Position numbers and translations under genes: made by a program. The notes under the pieces are model-generated. The model saw only the letters and a list, made by a program, of their open reading frames with translations, ran no database searches and was not told the origin of the DNA. Shown here one piece after another: positions 1 to 11,219 of a stretch of 31,927 nt of DNA (the stretch's first letter is position 1; each line of letters begins with the position of its first letter). This DNA is from an uncultured archaeon (GTDB lineage Archaea > Asgardarchaeota > Lokiarchaeia > Sigyniarchaeales > SOKP01), in the NCBI GenBank assembly GCA_964493715.1, contig CAZBPC010000033.1, forward strand, positions 1 through 31,927, given 5' to 3'.

Positions 1-924
1 GGCTGCTGCGGGAAAAGTTAGCAACCAAATAGCGATAATTTTCCATAAGCCTTTCTTTGTTGGGGCACGCCTTGATTTGGCTAATCCCACGAGAGACGCT
101 ACTAGCATATGAGAACCAGATAGAGGTATTCCTAATAATGTCCCAAAAAATAATATGATTGCGATTGGAATTTGGGCCGCAAAAGCAGTACTTGGATGTA
201 ATTCGGTAATATTTCCTACACTTTTTATAACGCTTCGCCCCAGTATGACTAAACCGCTTGCAAGACTTAAACCCGTTATAATCAACAGTATATTGAGATC
301 GACAACAATTCCCACGCCTATAACTATTCCTACGGCGTTTGAACAATCATTACCTGATCTAGAAAAAGCAGTCCAACAGATGACTGCTAATAACATGTAC
401 GAAAAAAAATTTTCTGACCTTTCATAACTTTTAAACCCAGTAAGTTTAGGTGTTATAGTTTTATGGATTAATTTATAAGCGTAATATGTTACAATGTATC
501 CTATTATGGGAGATAATAACCACCACACTCCCATTTCTAAAATAGTCACCCAGTTCACACCAACAGGACCTCCCAATAATATACCGACCCCAATTATCGC
601 ACCAATTGTAGCATGAGTAGTAGAGATAGGTAATCCGAATGCGGATGACAAAATCAACCATATTGCCGTAGAAATCAATACTGTTAAAACCATAGAGTAA
701 TCTATTTCGAATGAAAACAAGTTCTCTCCTACTGTCTTACTCACTGCGCTACCTAAAAATACAGCTCCAAGAATAGAGAGAATAGTGGCGAGAATCAATA
801 ATTCTTTCAGTTTTAAAGTTTTTGAACCGTATAAAGTTGCCATTGTCTCATCGTTAGCCCCAATTCCAAAACTGATTACAATGGAAATTACCACAAAGAG
901 AATTATTATTATTTCAAACGCCAT
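1..924 (-). CDS. Inorganic phosphate transporter, PiT family (3' end runs off the window)
   Basis: Not in ORF track. Manual translation from ATG at 924 gives MAFEIIIILFVVISIVISFGIGANDETMATLYGS... and, in the same frame, ...AFSRSGNDCSNAVG...GIPLSGSHMLVASLVG...WLLTFPAAA. Both PiT signature-like motifs are present, the protein is hydrophobic, and it lies downstream of a DUF47 gene. Confidence 0.9.
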   Translation of the reverse strand, partial: MAFEIIIILFVVISIVISFGIGANDETMATLYGSKTLKLKELLILATILSILGAVFLGSAVSKTVGENLFSFEIDYSMVLTVLISTAIWLILSSAFGLPISTTHATIGAIIGVGILLGGPVGVNWVTILEMGVWWLLSPIIGYIVTYYAYKLIHKTITPKLTGFKSYERSENFFSYMLLAVICWTAFSRSGNDCSNAVGIVIGVGIVVDLNILLIITGLSLASGLVILGRSVIKSVGNITELHPSTAFAAQIPIAIILFFGTLLGIPLSGSHMLVASLVGLAKSRRAPTKKGLWKIIAIWLLTFPAAA

Positions 925-943
925 TATGTTCAGCCTTCCCTTT

Positions 944-1597
944 TTATCTGCTTGGATATTTAATAATCAATCCTCTCAAGTAATCTGAGGTTTCTTCACA
1001 CCAAGAAGCGATTTCGTATAAGTAGGAAACTAATTTAGATGTAATGTATACTTTAATTGGATTATCATCCATTTTAAAAAGTTTTTCTAAGAGATTAAAC
1101 TTTGCTGTTCGAGCTTTTCTCTTGACTTCTTCTATTTTATAAGTTATCTTGTATGCTCCAGAAAAATCTGTTTCAATAAGAGTTGCACAATCAATTAGTT
1201 TTTCCACAGATTGCGAACAAGCAGTGCATAGATTCCTGAATTCATCTTTTACTTCATTATAAAGTTTGAATGGATTTGTTTTTAAAAATCTAGCAAAAAA
1301 TTCCATTTTATCATTCACTTGATCAATCATCATCAAAATATTATAACGGTCTTCAACCAAAAATGGAAGCGCTCTTTTATCTTTAAATAAAAGTTTGGTA
1401 AATTTATCCTTAATCTCGTCACATCTGTGTTCCGCCTCAATAATTCCATCTAAAACGCTTTTATTAAGTTTTCCTTCAATATATTGAGAAACAGCGTCAT
1501 GTAATATCGCTGATCCATTTAACGTCTCGGACAAAAATTCGCGGTTGATCTCATCTAACGCGTTTTTCTTTTCTTTACCTAATTTCATGTTATTCAC
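944..1597 (-). CDS. DUF47 / PhoU-like phosphate transport regulator
   Basis: Helical ~215 aa protein with EHRCDEIK and LPFLVEDR motifs, directly upstream of PiT (typical pairing). Start may be the ATG at 1588. Confidence 0.85.
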   Translation of the reverse strand: MNNMKLGKEKKNALDEINREFLSETLNGSAILHDAVSQYIEGKLNKSVLDGIIEAEHRCDEIKDKFTKLLFKDKRALPFLVEDRYNILMMIDQVNDKMEFFARFLKTNPFKLYNEVKDEFRNLCTACSQSVEKLIDCATLIETDFSGAYKITYKIEEVKRKARTAKFNLLEKLFKMDDNPIKVYITSKLVSYLYEIASWCEETSDYLRGLIIKYPSR

Positions 1598-1777
1598 TTC
1601 TCAAATTAATGAATTTCTTCCATAGAGATATTTTATGATTTATACCCTAATTATTTTTTTTTAATTTAAAAGATTTCCTTTTCCTATTAAATCTAACCTA
1701 AATTAAATAAGAGCAATACTTATTTTGAATAGAATCATAGAAAAATTAAAAACTAATTCAAAAAAGTCAAGCAAGAG

Positions 1778-2335
1778 TTGCCCGCTATTGAAATAAGTTT
1801 TAATGATATTTTTTTCGATCCTCAAGTACAGACCTATTGTAATAATCCAAAATTTAAATGTCCTAATTTTGCTCATTCTTGGGCTTGTCCTCCCATAGCA
1901 CCATATTTAGAAGATAAGGTATCTCAATTTAATAAATTCTATTTAATTTATTATAAATATGATTTAAACAAATACGTGAAAGATATGAAGATTAGAAATT
2001 CAAATTTGAGTGAAGAAAGAATACGAAATGACTTTTATCGAAAAGAATTCATGGGAGATCATGTAGATGATGAAATCCAAGATTTTATCAATCATTATAC
2101 AGAACCTTATAAAAAGATTTTTATCTTATGGGATGGCTATTGTAGATTATGTGCAAAGCAAGGAAGATCGTGTACTTATGATAGTGAAACTATCTGTCGA
2201 TATCCGGAACAAATAAGATACTCAATGGAAGCAGTGGGTATTGATGTCACCAAAACTGTTTCTCAGTTAGATCTAGATATAGAATGGCCTCCTATAAATC
2301 ATGCTTATAGATTTGCCCTGATTTGTTTTCTCTAA
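1778..2335 (+). CDS. DUF2284 family predicted metal-binding protein
   Basis: C...CPNF..SWACPP, GYCRLC...C...CRYP..IRYSMEAVGIDV; TTG start. Confidence 0.85.
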   Translation: MPAIEISFNDIFFDPQVQTYCNNPKFKCPNFAHSWACPPIAPYLEDKVSQFNKFYLIYYKYDLNKYVKDMKIRNSNLSEERIRNDFYRKEFMGDHVDDEIQDFINHYTEPYKKIFILWDGYCRLCAKQGRSCTYDSETICRYPEQIRYSMEAVGIDVTKTVSQLDLDIEWPPINHAYRFALICFL

Positions 2336-2363
2336 TCTTCTTACAAATTAAAAAAGGAAACAA

Positions 2364-3689
<1,326 letters not shown>

Positions 3690-3819
3690 CTAAATTATTT
3701 TCCATATTTCATTACATACAATCATTTATTATTTATCAAGATTTAAAAACTTTACAAAAGTGAATTTTCGTTAATGGATTAATTTTTATATGTGAATTCT
3801 TTTAAAATTTATAGAAAAA

Positions 3820-4758
3820 ATGCTTGAAAGAACGATTATTTTTGATCTTTGTCACAATGAAATGCTAAACATTGAAGAGGATGAGTTTTCAAATTTTTAT
3901 ACTCTTCTTAAACGATTAAATCTAAAAGTAAAAAAGAATGAAGCTGAAGTTATTACTAAGCAAGTACTAAAAAATATTGATATTCTTTTTATTGGCAATC
4001 CTATTGATAATTATTTCTCTAATATTGAAATTAAGACAATATGCGACTATGTTCGAATTGGTGGAAGTTTAGTACTTGTTAGCGAATATGGAGCTGATTA
4101 CTTGCAAAAAACTAATCTAAATGATATTTCTGGAAATCAATTCGGGATTTTCTTCGAAAAAAATTTAATTAAAGAAATGAAAGAAAATGACGATCAGAGT
4201 TCCAGTATGATTAAAATTGAAAATTTTGTTGAACATGATATTACTAATGGATTGAGAGAATTAATAATAGGAGGGACTTGTTCCTTATTTTTAAACAAAG
4301 AGGCAAGACCTTTACTTCAATCTAAAAAACAAAATCTATGGTCTGAAGTTTTTAGTAAATCAAAAGAACAGTGGATAAAAGAGAAAGAGCAACAACAAAT
4401 CTTAGCGTCATATACAGAATATGGGAAAGGGAAAGTTGTTGCTTTAGGAGATATTGATATTTTTACCAACCATTCTTCTATTGGAATTGATTCTTTGGAT
4501 AATCATCAATTCATCCAAAACATAATCGAATGGTTATTGAAATCAGTAGAAGAACCTAATGTGATGACATTTATCCTTAACCAGATGGGGAAGCTACAAA
4601 ATGAGGTAAAAGATATTAATACCGTTGTTAATAATGTGATTGAAACTATGACTATATTGGAAAAAAGACTCTCTTTTCTTGAAGAAAGATTTAATGTATC
4701 ATCAGTATCAAAAAAAAGAGAAAATGGGCACGAATTTGAAAAAGTAGAAGAAGAATAA
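3820..4758 (+). CDS. GIFT-domain (IFT52/GldG/DUF4350-like) cytoplasmic protein with C-terminal coiled coil
   Basis: TIIFD..H.E, IT...L...DILFIGNP...FS..EI..I.DYV..GGSL, TNLN and GKGKVVALGD.DIF...DN.QFI.NIIEWL follow the GIFT pattern. No signal peptide or TM segment; heptad helix near the C-terminus. Confidence 0.7.
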   Translation: MLERTIIFDLCHNEMLNIEEDEFSNFYTLLKRLNLKVKKNEAEVITKQVLKNIDILFIGNPIDNYFSNIEIKTICDYVRIGGSLVLVSEYGADYLQKTNLNDISGNQFGIFFEKNLIKEMKENDDQSSSMIKIENFVEHDITNGLRELIIGGTCSLFLNKEARPLLQSKKQNLWSEVFSKSKEQWIKEKEQQQILASYTEYGKGKVVALGDIDIFTNHSSIGIDSLDNHQFIQNIIEWLLKSVEEPNVMTFILNQMGKLQNEVKDINTVVNNVIETMTILEKRLSFLEERFNVSSVSKKRENGHEFEKVEEE

Positions 4759-4870
4759 ATTTTTTTATATTATTTGATTAGCTAGACTAATTTTAAATTT
4801 CTCGTAATATTATTTGTGTTAATAATATACAACAATTAGATTAAAAAAGTTAAAAATTTGGAGAAATAGC

Positions 4871-6253
4871 ATGAGCGAGAAGTCATACGAAGAGATATTT
4901 GGTGATTTTGAAGAAATCACTAATAGTTACGATCGCAAGAATCAATATTTTGACATATTATATGATTCGAAATCGGTGACTAACATTACTAAAACTCCAT
5001 CATCAGAAGATTTTTCTGTATCTACTAAAAAATCGGGTTATGTTGCTAGAACTTTCGTTGATATTTGGCAGGAATATGCATTTGAGCAGAGAAATGGGTT
5101 GAAATCAATCAAAGATAAGTTACCTAAAGCCGTAAACAAAGGAGATAACATTGCAACATATGAAGGATGGAAAATCAATAAGGAAGTAGTCCCAAAAATT
5201 GATCCCGCTAATGTTCCTCTTGAGGATAAAATCAATAAAATTCGAGAGATATATGATTATGTTAAATCTTATGACAAACGAATAATCCAAGTGAGAGTAT
5301 TGTATACTGAAATACTTACTGAACGTATATTTTTTAATAATGAAGGATGTCAATTGCGACAAATATTGCCACGAGCAAGAGTTGCGGTTATTCCCATAGC
5401 AAAAGAAGGACCTGTAGTAGATTATGACTATCTCATAAAAACGGGTCAGTTAGGTTTTGAAATCTTTGATTATTTTTCAAATGAAGCGTTAGAAGGAGCT
5501 GTTAAAAATTCCTTGGAGTTACTAGAAGCGAAAGCACCTCCCTCTGGGAGAACTACTATTATATTAGACCCAAAAATGGCTGGATTAATAGCACATGAAA
5601 GTTTCGGTCATGGATTAGAAGCAGATCAAGTATTAAGGGACAGAAGTTATCTGAAACAATTCTTAAATAAACAGGTTGCGAATCAGGTTTGTACAATTTA
5701 TGATAATCCTTCTATTGAAAATCAAATTAATTCCTATTTCTTTGATGATGAAGGAATTCATCCTGGAAATAATCTTTTAGTAAAAGATGGAATCCTTAAA
5801 AGTTTTATTTACGATAGAAGAACTGCTGAAAAATTTAATGCCACTCCTCAAGGAAATGGAAGAAGAGAAAGTTTTGGTCATCCTATTAACGTGAGAATGA
5901 CAAGTACTTACTTCGGATCTGGAGATTACGAATTACATGAGATGATTTCAGGAATAAAGAATGGTGTAATGCTCGTACATGGTTCTTTTGGTATGGAAGA
6001 TCCTTTAGGAGGTGGACTACAATGCACGTCAAAGAAAGCTTATTTAATTGAAAATGGAGAAAAGACAAAAATTTTAAAACAAACCGCTCTAAGCGGTGCC
6101 GTTTTGGATCTTTTAATGAATATCGATGCCGTTAGTAAAGATATAGTTCAGTTAGACGGTGGAACGTGTGGAAAAGGAAGTGAAGATTTAGTGCCCGTTA
6201 CGTCTGGAGGGAGTTATCTAAGAGCAAAAAATGCATTAATTAGTCAAGGGTGA
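4871..6253 (+). CDS. tldD: TldD-family metalloprotease, catalytic subunit
   Basis: HESFGHGLEAD metal motif, FDDEG, GNGRRES, RMT and C-terminal GTCGK. Confidence 0.92.
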   Translation: MSEKSYEEIFGDFEEITNSYDRKNQYFDILYDSKSVTNITKTPSSEDFSVSTKKSGYVARTFVDIWQEYAFEQRNGLKSIKDKLPKAVNKGDNIATYEGWKINKEVVPKIDPANVPLEDKINKIREIYDYVKSYDKRIIQVRVLYTEILTERIFFNNEGCQLRQILPRARVAVIPIAKEGPVVDYDYLIKTGQLGFEIFDYFSNEALEGAVKNSLELLEAKAPPSGRTTIILDPKMAGLIAHESFGHGLEADQVLRDRSYLKQFLNKQVANQVCTIYDNPSIENQINSYFFDDEGIHPGNNLLVKDGILKSFIYDRRTAEKFNATPQGNGRRESFGHPINVRMTSTYFGSGDYELHEMISGIKNGVMLVHGSFGMEDPLGGGLQCTSKKAYLIENGEKTKILKQTALSGAVLDLLMNIDAVSKDIVQLDGGTCGKGSEDLVPVTSGGSYLRAKNALISQG

Positions 6254-6257
6254 GAAC

Positions 6258-7583
6258 ATGTCAAATGAAAAATTAAATTTAATAGAAAGTGGTTTGAAAA
6301 AGAAAGGTATCAGTGAATATGAAATTTACCTAGTTGATCAGAAGTTATATGAGACAATTTTTCTAAAAACTGAACCAGATAATGAAAGGCAAGCAAATTC
6401 TTTTGAATACTTTATAAGAATTTTAAATCAAAAAGAAGATGAGACCGGCACTGGAGTTATAAATAGCAGCTCATTAGATCCAATACAAATTGAGAAGAAC
6501 ATCGATCTATGCCAAAAGTTATCAAAAATGAATGCTAGCTCAAAATATTCTTTCCCGGATAAGGTAAAAATAAATGATATCAAAACTGCTGATGAAAAAA
6601 TCCTCGGCGATCCTGTAGGCATAAAAAGACAATTAAGTGAAGAATTAATATCAGACGCACGGAATCAAAAAGATGTATCAACAACATTTGGGCGCTTTAG
6701 AATTCACATTAATCAAGCATATCTGAGAAATAGCAATGGAGTAGACCTTAATTCTCTATCCACATTTTTGTTTATCGAATACGCATTAAAAGCTCAGAAA
6801 GGAGGAAAATTAGCGGAATTCTGGGATTTTGAATATTATAAAGAAATTGATCACCTCAATTTATCAAAACGTGTAGAAAATTGGGCAAAAATCGCAAAAG
6901 ATACTCTCATCGCTGAAAGTCCTAAACCCAATGAAAAAGCTACTGTTATTTTTACACCAAGAGTTCTAAGTGAAGCAATCTCTCCTGTAGGCTTTCATGC
7001 TACTGGTAGAGCCCATTACCAAAAAATATCAAGTACTAATATTGGTGATGTGATTGCGAGTAATAACTTCACAATGTATGATAATGGACTACTTGAAGGC
7101 GGGATGAATACCAGGGCATGGGACTCAGAAGGAAACCCACGACAAAAAACCGAAGTAATTTCGAAAGGTGTCTTGAAAAATAGATTATATGATCAGAAGT
7201 ATGCAGTTTTAGAGAAGATGAAGTCAACTGGAAATGCAAGACGAGATAATAATGGCGTCATAGTAAATGAATCAACTAATTACGATATTGTAGCTGGAAA
7301 TATTTCCTTGGATAAGATGATTTCGAACATAGATGATGGTTATTATATAAATAAATTTTCTTGGTTAAATCCAGAGCAAATGACGGGTTCTTTTGGTGTG
7401 GAAATCAGAAATGGATATTATATCAAGAACGGTGAACTTAGCACACCAATTAAATTGGGAAATGTCAGTGGGAATGTTTTAGAAATGATTAAGAATTGCC
7501 TATTCATCTCAAAAGAACGAGAATTTTCTGGAAATGCACGACTTCCATATATAACCTTCTCGGATTTGGAAGTTTCGTCTTAG
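6258..7583 (+). CDS. pmbA: PmbA/TldE family non-catalytic partner subunit
   Basis: WDSEG, STGNA, TGSFG motifs; no HExxxH; starts 4 bp after tldD. Confidence 0.88.
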   Translation: MSNEKLNLIESGLKKKGISEYEIYLVDQKLYETIFLKTEPDNERQANSFEYFIRILNQKEDETGTGVINSSSLDPIQIEKNIDLCQKLSKMNASSKYSFPDKVKINDIKTADEKILGDPVGIKRQLSEELISDARNQKDVSTTFGRFRIHINQAYLRNSNGVDLNSLSTFLFIEYALKAQKGGKLAEFWDFEYYKEIDHLNLSKRVENWAKIAKDTLIAESPKPNEKATVIFTPRVLSEAISPVGFHATGRAHYQKISSTNIGDVIASNNFTMYDNGLLEGGMNTRAWDSEGNPRQKTEVISKGVLKNRLYDQKYAVLEKMKSTGNARRDNNGVIVNESTNYDIVAGNISLDKMISNIDDGYYINKFSWLNPEQMTGSFGVEIRNGYYIKNGELSTPIKLGNVSGNVLEMIKNCLFISKEREFSGNARLPYITFSDLEVSS

Positions 7584-7593
7584 TCTAAAACCC

Positions 7594-7606
7594 TTTTTTT
7601 CTTTTT
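7594..7606 (+). terminator. Oligo-T terminator after tldD-tldE
   Basis: TTTTTTTCTTTTT about 10 bp after the stop codon, in a convergent intergenic gap. Confidence 0.5.
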
Positions 7607-7668
7607 CTGATTATTAATTTGATTTCGTTAAATCTTGTACAAATTAAAATTGATAATTAAAAGACAAG

Positions 7669-8901
7669 TTAGGTTTTCTTTATGCTCTCAATTTCAACAT
7701 TAATTAGATTATAACTCCTCGAACCTAATCCTAATTCTTCTGCAACCTTGAGTTGAATCTCCCAGTGTTTCGAAACTTTACCTTCCTCATTAAGATCAAG
7801 TCTTCCAGAGTTTGGATCAAAGCGAGGGATGTAAGAAAACCATTCGTTTTTACCATTTTTTGGAAGATTATTAACTTCAGAAAGAATTGAATGAGGATTA
7901 ATCATTGATTTATGAGTTAAATCCACACAGGCCTGATCTAATGCAACGGGATCTAATGAGGATAATATCCCAATATCTGGAACAAAAGGAACGTCAGAGG
8001 ATCCGCAATCACATTGCCACGTAATATCTATGGCATAATTTGTATAAAAAATATTATTATTTCCGAAATACTCTACAACCCCTTTAGCATTATCAACCAT
8101 CTGAATAATAAATTCCTCGTTTGTGGAACTTCCAATATCAATCACACCTTGATCGCATATAGATCTGCATAAATAACAATATCTGCATTTATCCCAATCT
8201 TTTTTCAATATTCTGTCTTCTCCCTTCGATAAAGCTCCAGTTGGACACACCTTGATACATTTTTCACATTCTGGGATGCATTTATCATAGTTAAGGGAGA
8301 ATTTCTTGCCATTATGTGCTTGGACTTTCCCTGATTTACTTACACAGCCAATCCCTAAATTTTTAATTGCTCCCCCAAATCCAGCTCCTGAATGCCCCTT
8401 AAAATGAGAAGCTAAAACAAGATAATCAAATTCTCGTAAACGACCCCCAACTAAAACTTCATTGAATCTTTTTCCTTTAATTTTTTGAATTTCATAATCA
8501 ATTCCATCCTGTCCATCAAGCATGAGAATTGGTGCGCCCATAGTTTCATTTGTAAATCCATGTTGTAAAGCCACATTTAGATATTCCTTTTCATTGGCTC
8601 TACCACTATACTCTGTATGCGTTCCCGATATTTTTTCTGGTAAACCCCAACCGCAAGATTCTGCTAATGAGGGGATCCCGCCTACCTCTTTTATATAATC
8701 GCATAAGAATCGAAGATATGAAGGTCTTAAATATCTCGTGTTTTCAAGCGCCCCAAAATGAGTTTTTACGACTACTTTATCTCCATTTCTTATCTTTTCC
8801 TCAAATCCTAGCTTTTTTAAAGATAGAGGACCCTTCACTTTACTCATGCTTTGTTCATACGACTGAGAACGAGCAGTAAAATAATATACATCTGACTTCA
8901 A
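7669..8901 (-). CDS. DUF362-domain Fe-S protein with inserted ferredoxin-like domain
   Basis: VKTHFG, SHFKGH..AGFGGAIKNLGIGC, CIPECEKCIKVCP, CRYCYLCRSIC, CDC, DIGILSSLDPVALDQA. Confidence 0.9.
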   Translation of the reverse strand: MKSDVYYFTARSQSYEQSMSKVKGPLSLKKLGFEEKIRNGDKVVVKTHFGALENTRYLRPSYLRFLCDYIKEVGGIPSLAESCGWGLPEKISGTHTEYSGRANEKEYLNVALQHGFTNETMGAPILMLDGQDGIDYEIQKIKGKRFNEVLVGGRLREFDYLVLASHFKGHSGAGFGGAIKNLGIGCVSKSGKVQAHNGKKFSLNYDKCIPECEKCIKVCPTGALSKGEDRILKKDWDKCRYCYLCRSICDQGVIDIGSSTNEEFIIQMVDNAKGVVEYFGNNNIFYTNYAIDITWQCDCGSSDVPFVPDIGILSSLDPVALDQACVDLTHKSMINPHSILSEVNNLPKNGKNEWFSYIPRFDPNSGRLDLNEEGKVSKHWEIQLKVAEELGLGSRSYNLINVEIESIKKT

Positions 8902-9118
8902 GAGTATGATCGACTTCTATTGTTATAATTTAATGTTATTATTAGGATAGGTGATAATCTTAGTTAAAATTTTACATGAATATGAATGATAAAGTTGTAG
9001 CATATCATTTATTAAAATAATATTTAGAATTATCTTTTATGGAAACCATAATTTTTTTACCTTTCAATACTTTAATTCATTAAGTTGGCTTTAAATATTA
9101 AGAGCAATGTGTAAAATT

Positions 9119-9349
9119 ATGGCTCGCTGTCCTGAGTGTGCCGGGAAGATGACGTTTAATCCTATGAATCGGCAGATGGTTTGTAACTCTTGTGGTTTAT
9201 CTCTGACTAGATACGATCTTGATCATTATTGGGAAAAAGTACGCTCTGAACATTCCTCTGGTGATGATGATATGCAAAAATCGAAGAATCGTAGAAAGGA
9301 ATGGCTTGATTGGTATTCAAAGAGTAAATCAGAAAAAGAAACATATTAA
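9119..9349 (+). CDS. Small zinc-ribbon protein
   Basis: MARCPECAGKM...VCNSCG followed by Trp-containing helices. ATG at 9119 preferred over 9107. Confidence 0.75.
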   Translation: MARCPECAGKMTFNPMNRQMVCNSCGLSLTRYDLDHYWEKVRSEHSSGDDDMQKSKNRRKEWLDWYSKSKSEKETY

Positions 9350-9521
9350 ATATAATTCATAGAACTACAAGATAATAACGATCGTTAAAGAAGTTCAATT
9401 TCTTCTCATTTTCTAAAGATCTTATATGGAAATCTTCTCAATAGTTAAAGTTTTATAACGAAAGAAGATGATCTAATATACATTTAATTATGCTTATAAT
9501 TAAAAAATTAGGTGGATATTA

Positions 9522-10280
9522 TTGGATGAATTAGTGTCATTTAATTTGCTTATGTGGATTTTTGGTTTTTCAGCAATAGCTATATTTATATTGCTTTTTT
9601 TTGTGTCAGCACCGTATGGACAACATATTCGTAAGAAATGGGGACCAAATATTAATAACAAGTTGGGATGGTTTATCATGGAAGTTCCAACGATTATCAT
9701 CTATGTAGTACTTTATATAATAGGAGATAACCCTTTTAATACGGTCACGCTTGTTTTCCTATTCATATGGTTATTGCATTATGGACAACGCACGTTCATT
9801 TTTCCATTCTTAATTCGGGCAGTTCAACCAATGCCAGTGACAATTATCTCGTTTGGAATGATTTTTAATGGATTTAACACATATCTCCAAGGACGTTGGA
9901 TAAATACCCTTGCAGATCCTTATTCAATTGAATGGTTATTATCTCCAATGTTTATAATCGGTTTAATAATCTTTTTGAGTGGGTTTTTTATCAACCTTCA
10001 AGCAGATCACATTATACGAAATCTTCGAGAACCAGGAGAAACAGCATATAAAATTCCTTATGGCGGTATGTATAAATACGTAAGTTGTCCAAATTATTTG
10101 GGAGAAATCACTGAATGGGCTGGTTGGGCAGTAATGACCTGGTCGTTTCCTGGATTGATTTTTGTTGCGTGGACAATTGCAAATCTTGCACCAAGAGCTC
10201 GATCAAATCACAAATGGTATTTGGAGACATTTCCTGATTATCCTAAAAACCGTAAAGCATTAGTTCCGTTTATCTATTAA
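9522..10280 (+). CDS. 3-oxo-5-alpha-steroid 4-dehydrogenase (SRD5A / steroid 5-alpha-reductase family)
   Basis: APYG, GWFIMEVP, HYGQRTFIFP, YKIPYGG..KYVSCPNYLGEI.EW, NLAPRA..NHKWY...FPDYPKNRKALVPFIY. TTG start preceded by AGGTGG. Confidence 0.92.
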   Translation: MDELVSFNLLMWIFGFSAIAIFILLFFVSAPYGQHIRKKWGPNINNKLGWFIMEVPTIIIYVVLYIIGDNPFNTVTLVFLFIWLLHYGQRTFIFPFLIRAVQPMPVTIISFGMIFNGFNTYLQGRWINTLADPYSIEWLLSPMFIIGLIIFLSGFFINLQADHIIRNLREPGETAYKIPYGGMYKYVSCPNYLGEITEWAGWAVMTWSFPGLIFVAWTIANLAPRARSNHKWYLETFPDYPKNRKALVPFIY

Positions 10281-10315
10281 GCAATAATAGATTCTGTCGC
10301 CGGAAGTTGATCATT

Positions 10316-11215
10316 ATGGATCTTAAAAGTAATCGCATAACAGCATTTCTGGTTTGCTTAATCTCCTATTGTTTAGCTTTGATGGTTGCCATCATTATAT
10401 GGTTTTTTTTTTCGAATCTCTCTTTCTTGATTAAGCTACTACTTGCTGATATTTCCGCGACTTTGATAATTTTCGTATTTAGTATATTCTTCAAGAATGT
10501 CAGTCTCTATGATCCATATTGGAGCATCGCTCCCTTTTTTATTATTTTTTTTTATTATCTCAATCCTGCAACTTATCAAACCGATTTATTAAGAAGAACG
10601 ATTGTTTTAATTTTGGTTTGTATGTGGTCTATTCGTTTGACATTTAATTGGGCACAACAATGGAAAGGTCTTAACCACGAAGACTGGCGTTATGCAGAAA
10701 GGAGAGAAAAGAATGGGAAGTCATTCTGGTTCATTAATCTATTCGGCTTACAATTAATGCCCACTTTCTTAGTTTATCTCGGATGCTTATCACTTTATTC
10801 AATAATGTTTGAGGGAAACAATCCATTTGGACTATTTGATATTTTTGCAACGGGTATTACCTTAGGAGCCATAATAATAGAATCACTAGCAGATAAACAG
10901 TCATTTAATTTTCGAAACAAGAGAAAAAACTCAGAACAATTCATTACAACTGGACTATGGGCTTATTCAAGACATCCAAATTATTTTGGAGAAGTTTCAT
11001 TTTGGTGGGGCCTTTACCTTTTTTCATTTGCTTCTAATCCTTCATATTGGGTTTTTATTATTGGACCCATTTTGATTACGTCTCTTTTTCTTGGAATTAG
11101 CATCCCACTAATGGAAAAAAGGAATCTTCGCACAAAACCATATTATGATAAATATAGAGAACAAGTATCTGCAATGATTCCTTGGTTTAGAAAGAAGTCA
11201 GATTCTAAAAAGTAG
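10316..11215 (+). CDS. DUF1295 family membrane protein
   Basis: NVSLYDPYWS, WSIRL, EDWRY, ADKQ, GLWAYSRHPNYFGE..FWWG. ATG at 10316 preferred over TTG at 10307. Confidence 0.9.
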   Translation: MDLKSNRITAFLVCLISYCLALMVAIIIWFFFSNLSFLIKLLLADISATLIIFVFSIFFKNVSLYDPYWSIAPFFIIFFYYLNPATYQTDLLRRTIVLILVCMWSIRLTFNWAQQWKGLNHEDWRYAERREKNGKSFWFINLFGLQLMPTFLVYLGCLSLYSIMFEGNNPFGLFDIFATGITLGAIIIESLADKQSFNFRNKRKNSEQFITTGLWAYSRHPNYFGEVSFWWGLYLFSFASNPSYWVFIIGPILITSLFLGISIPLMEKRNLRTKPYYDKYREQVSAMIPWFRKKSDSKK

Positions 11216-11219
11216 AATT

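Noticed and set aside
155-988. Short ORFs 155..427, 473..661 and 785..988
   Set aside because: They are antisense or off-frame shadows of the PiT gene that occupies 1..924 on the minus strand.
4871-7583. tldD/tldE as part of a RiPP cluster
   Set aside because: No precursor peptide, YcaO or other maturase lies nearby, and the pair is widespread in archaea.
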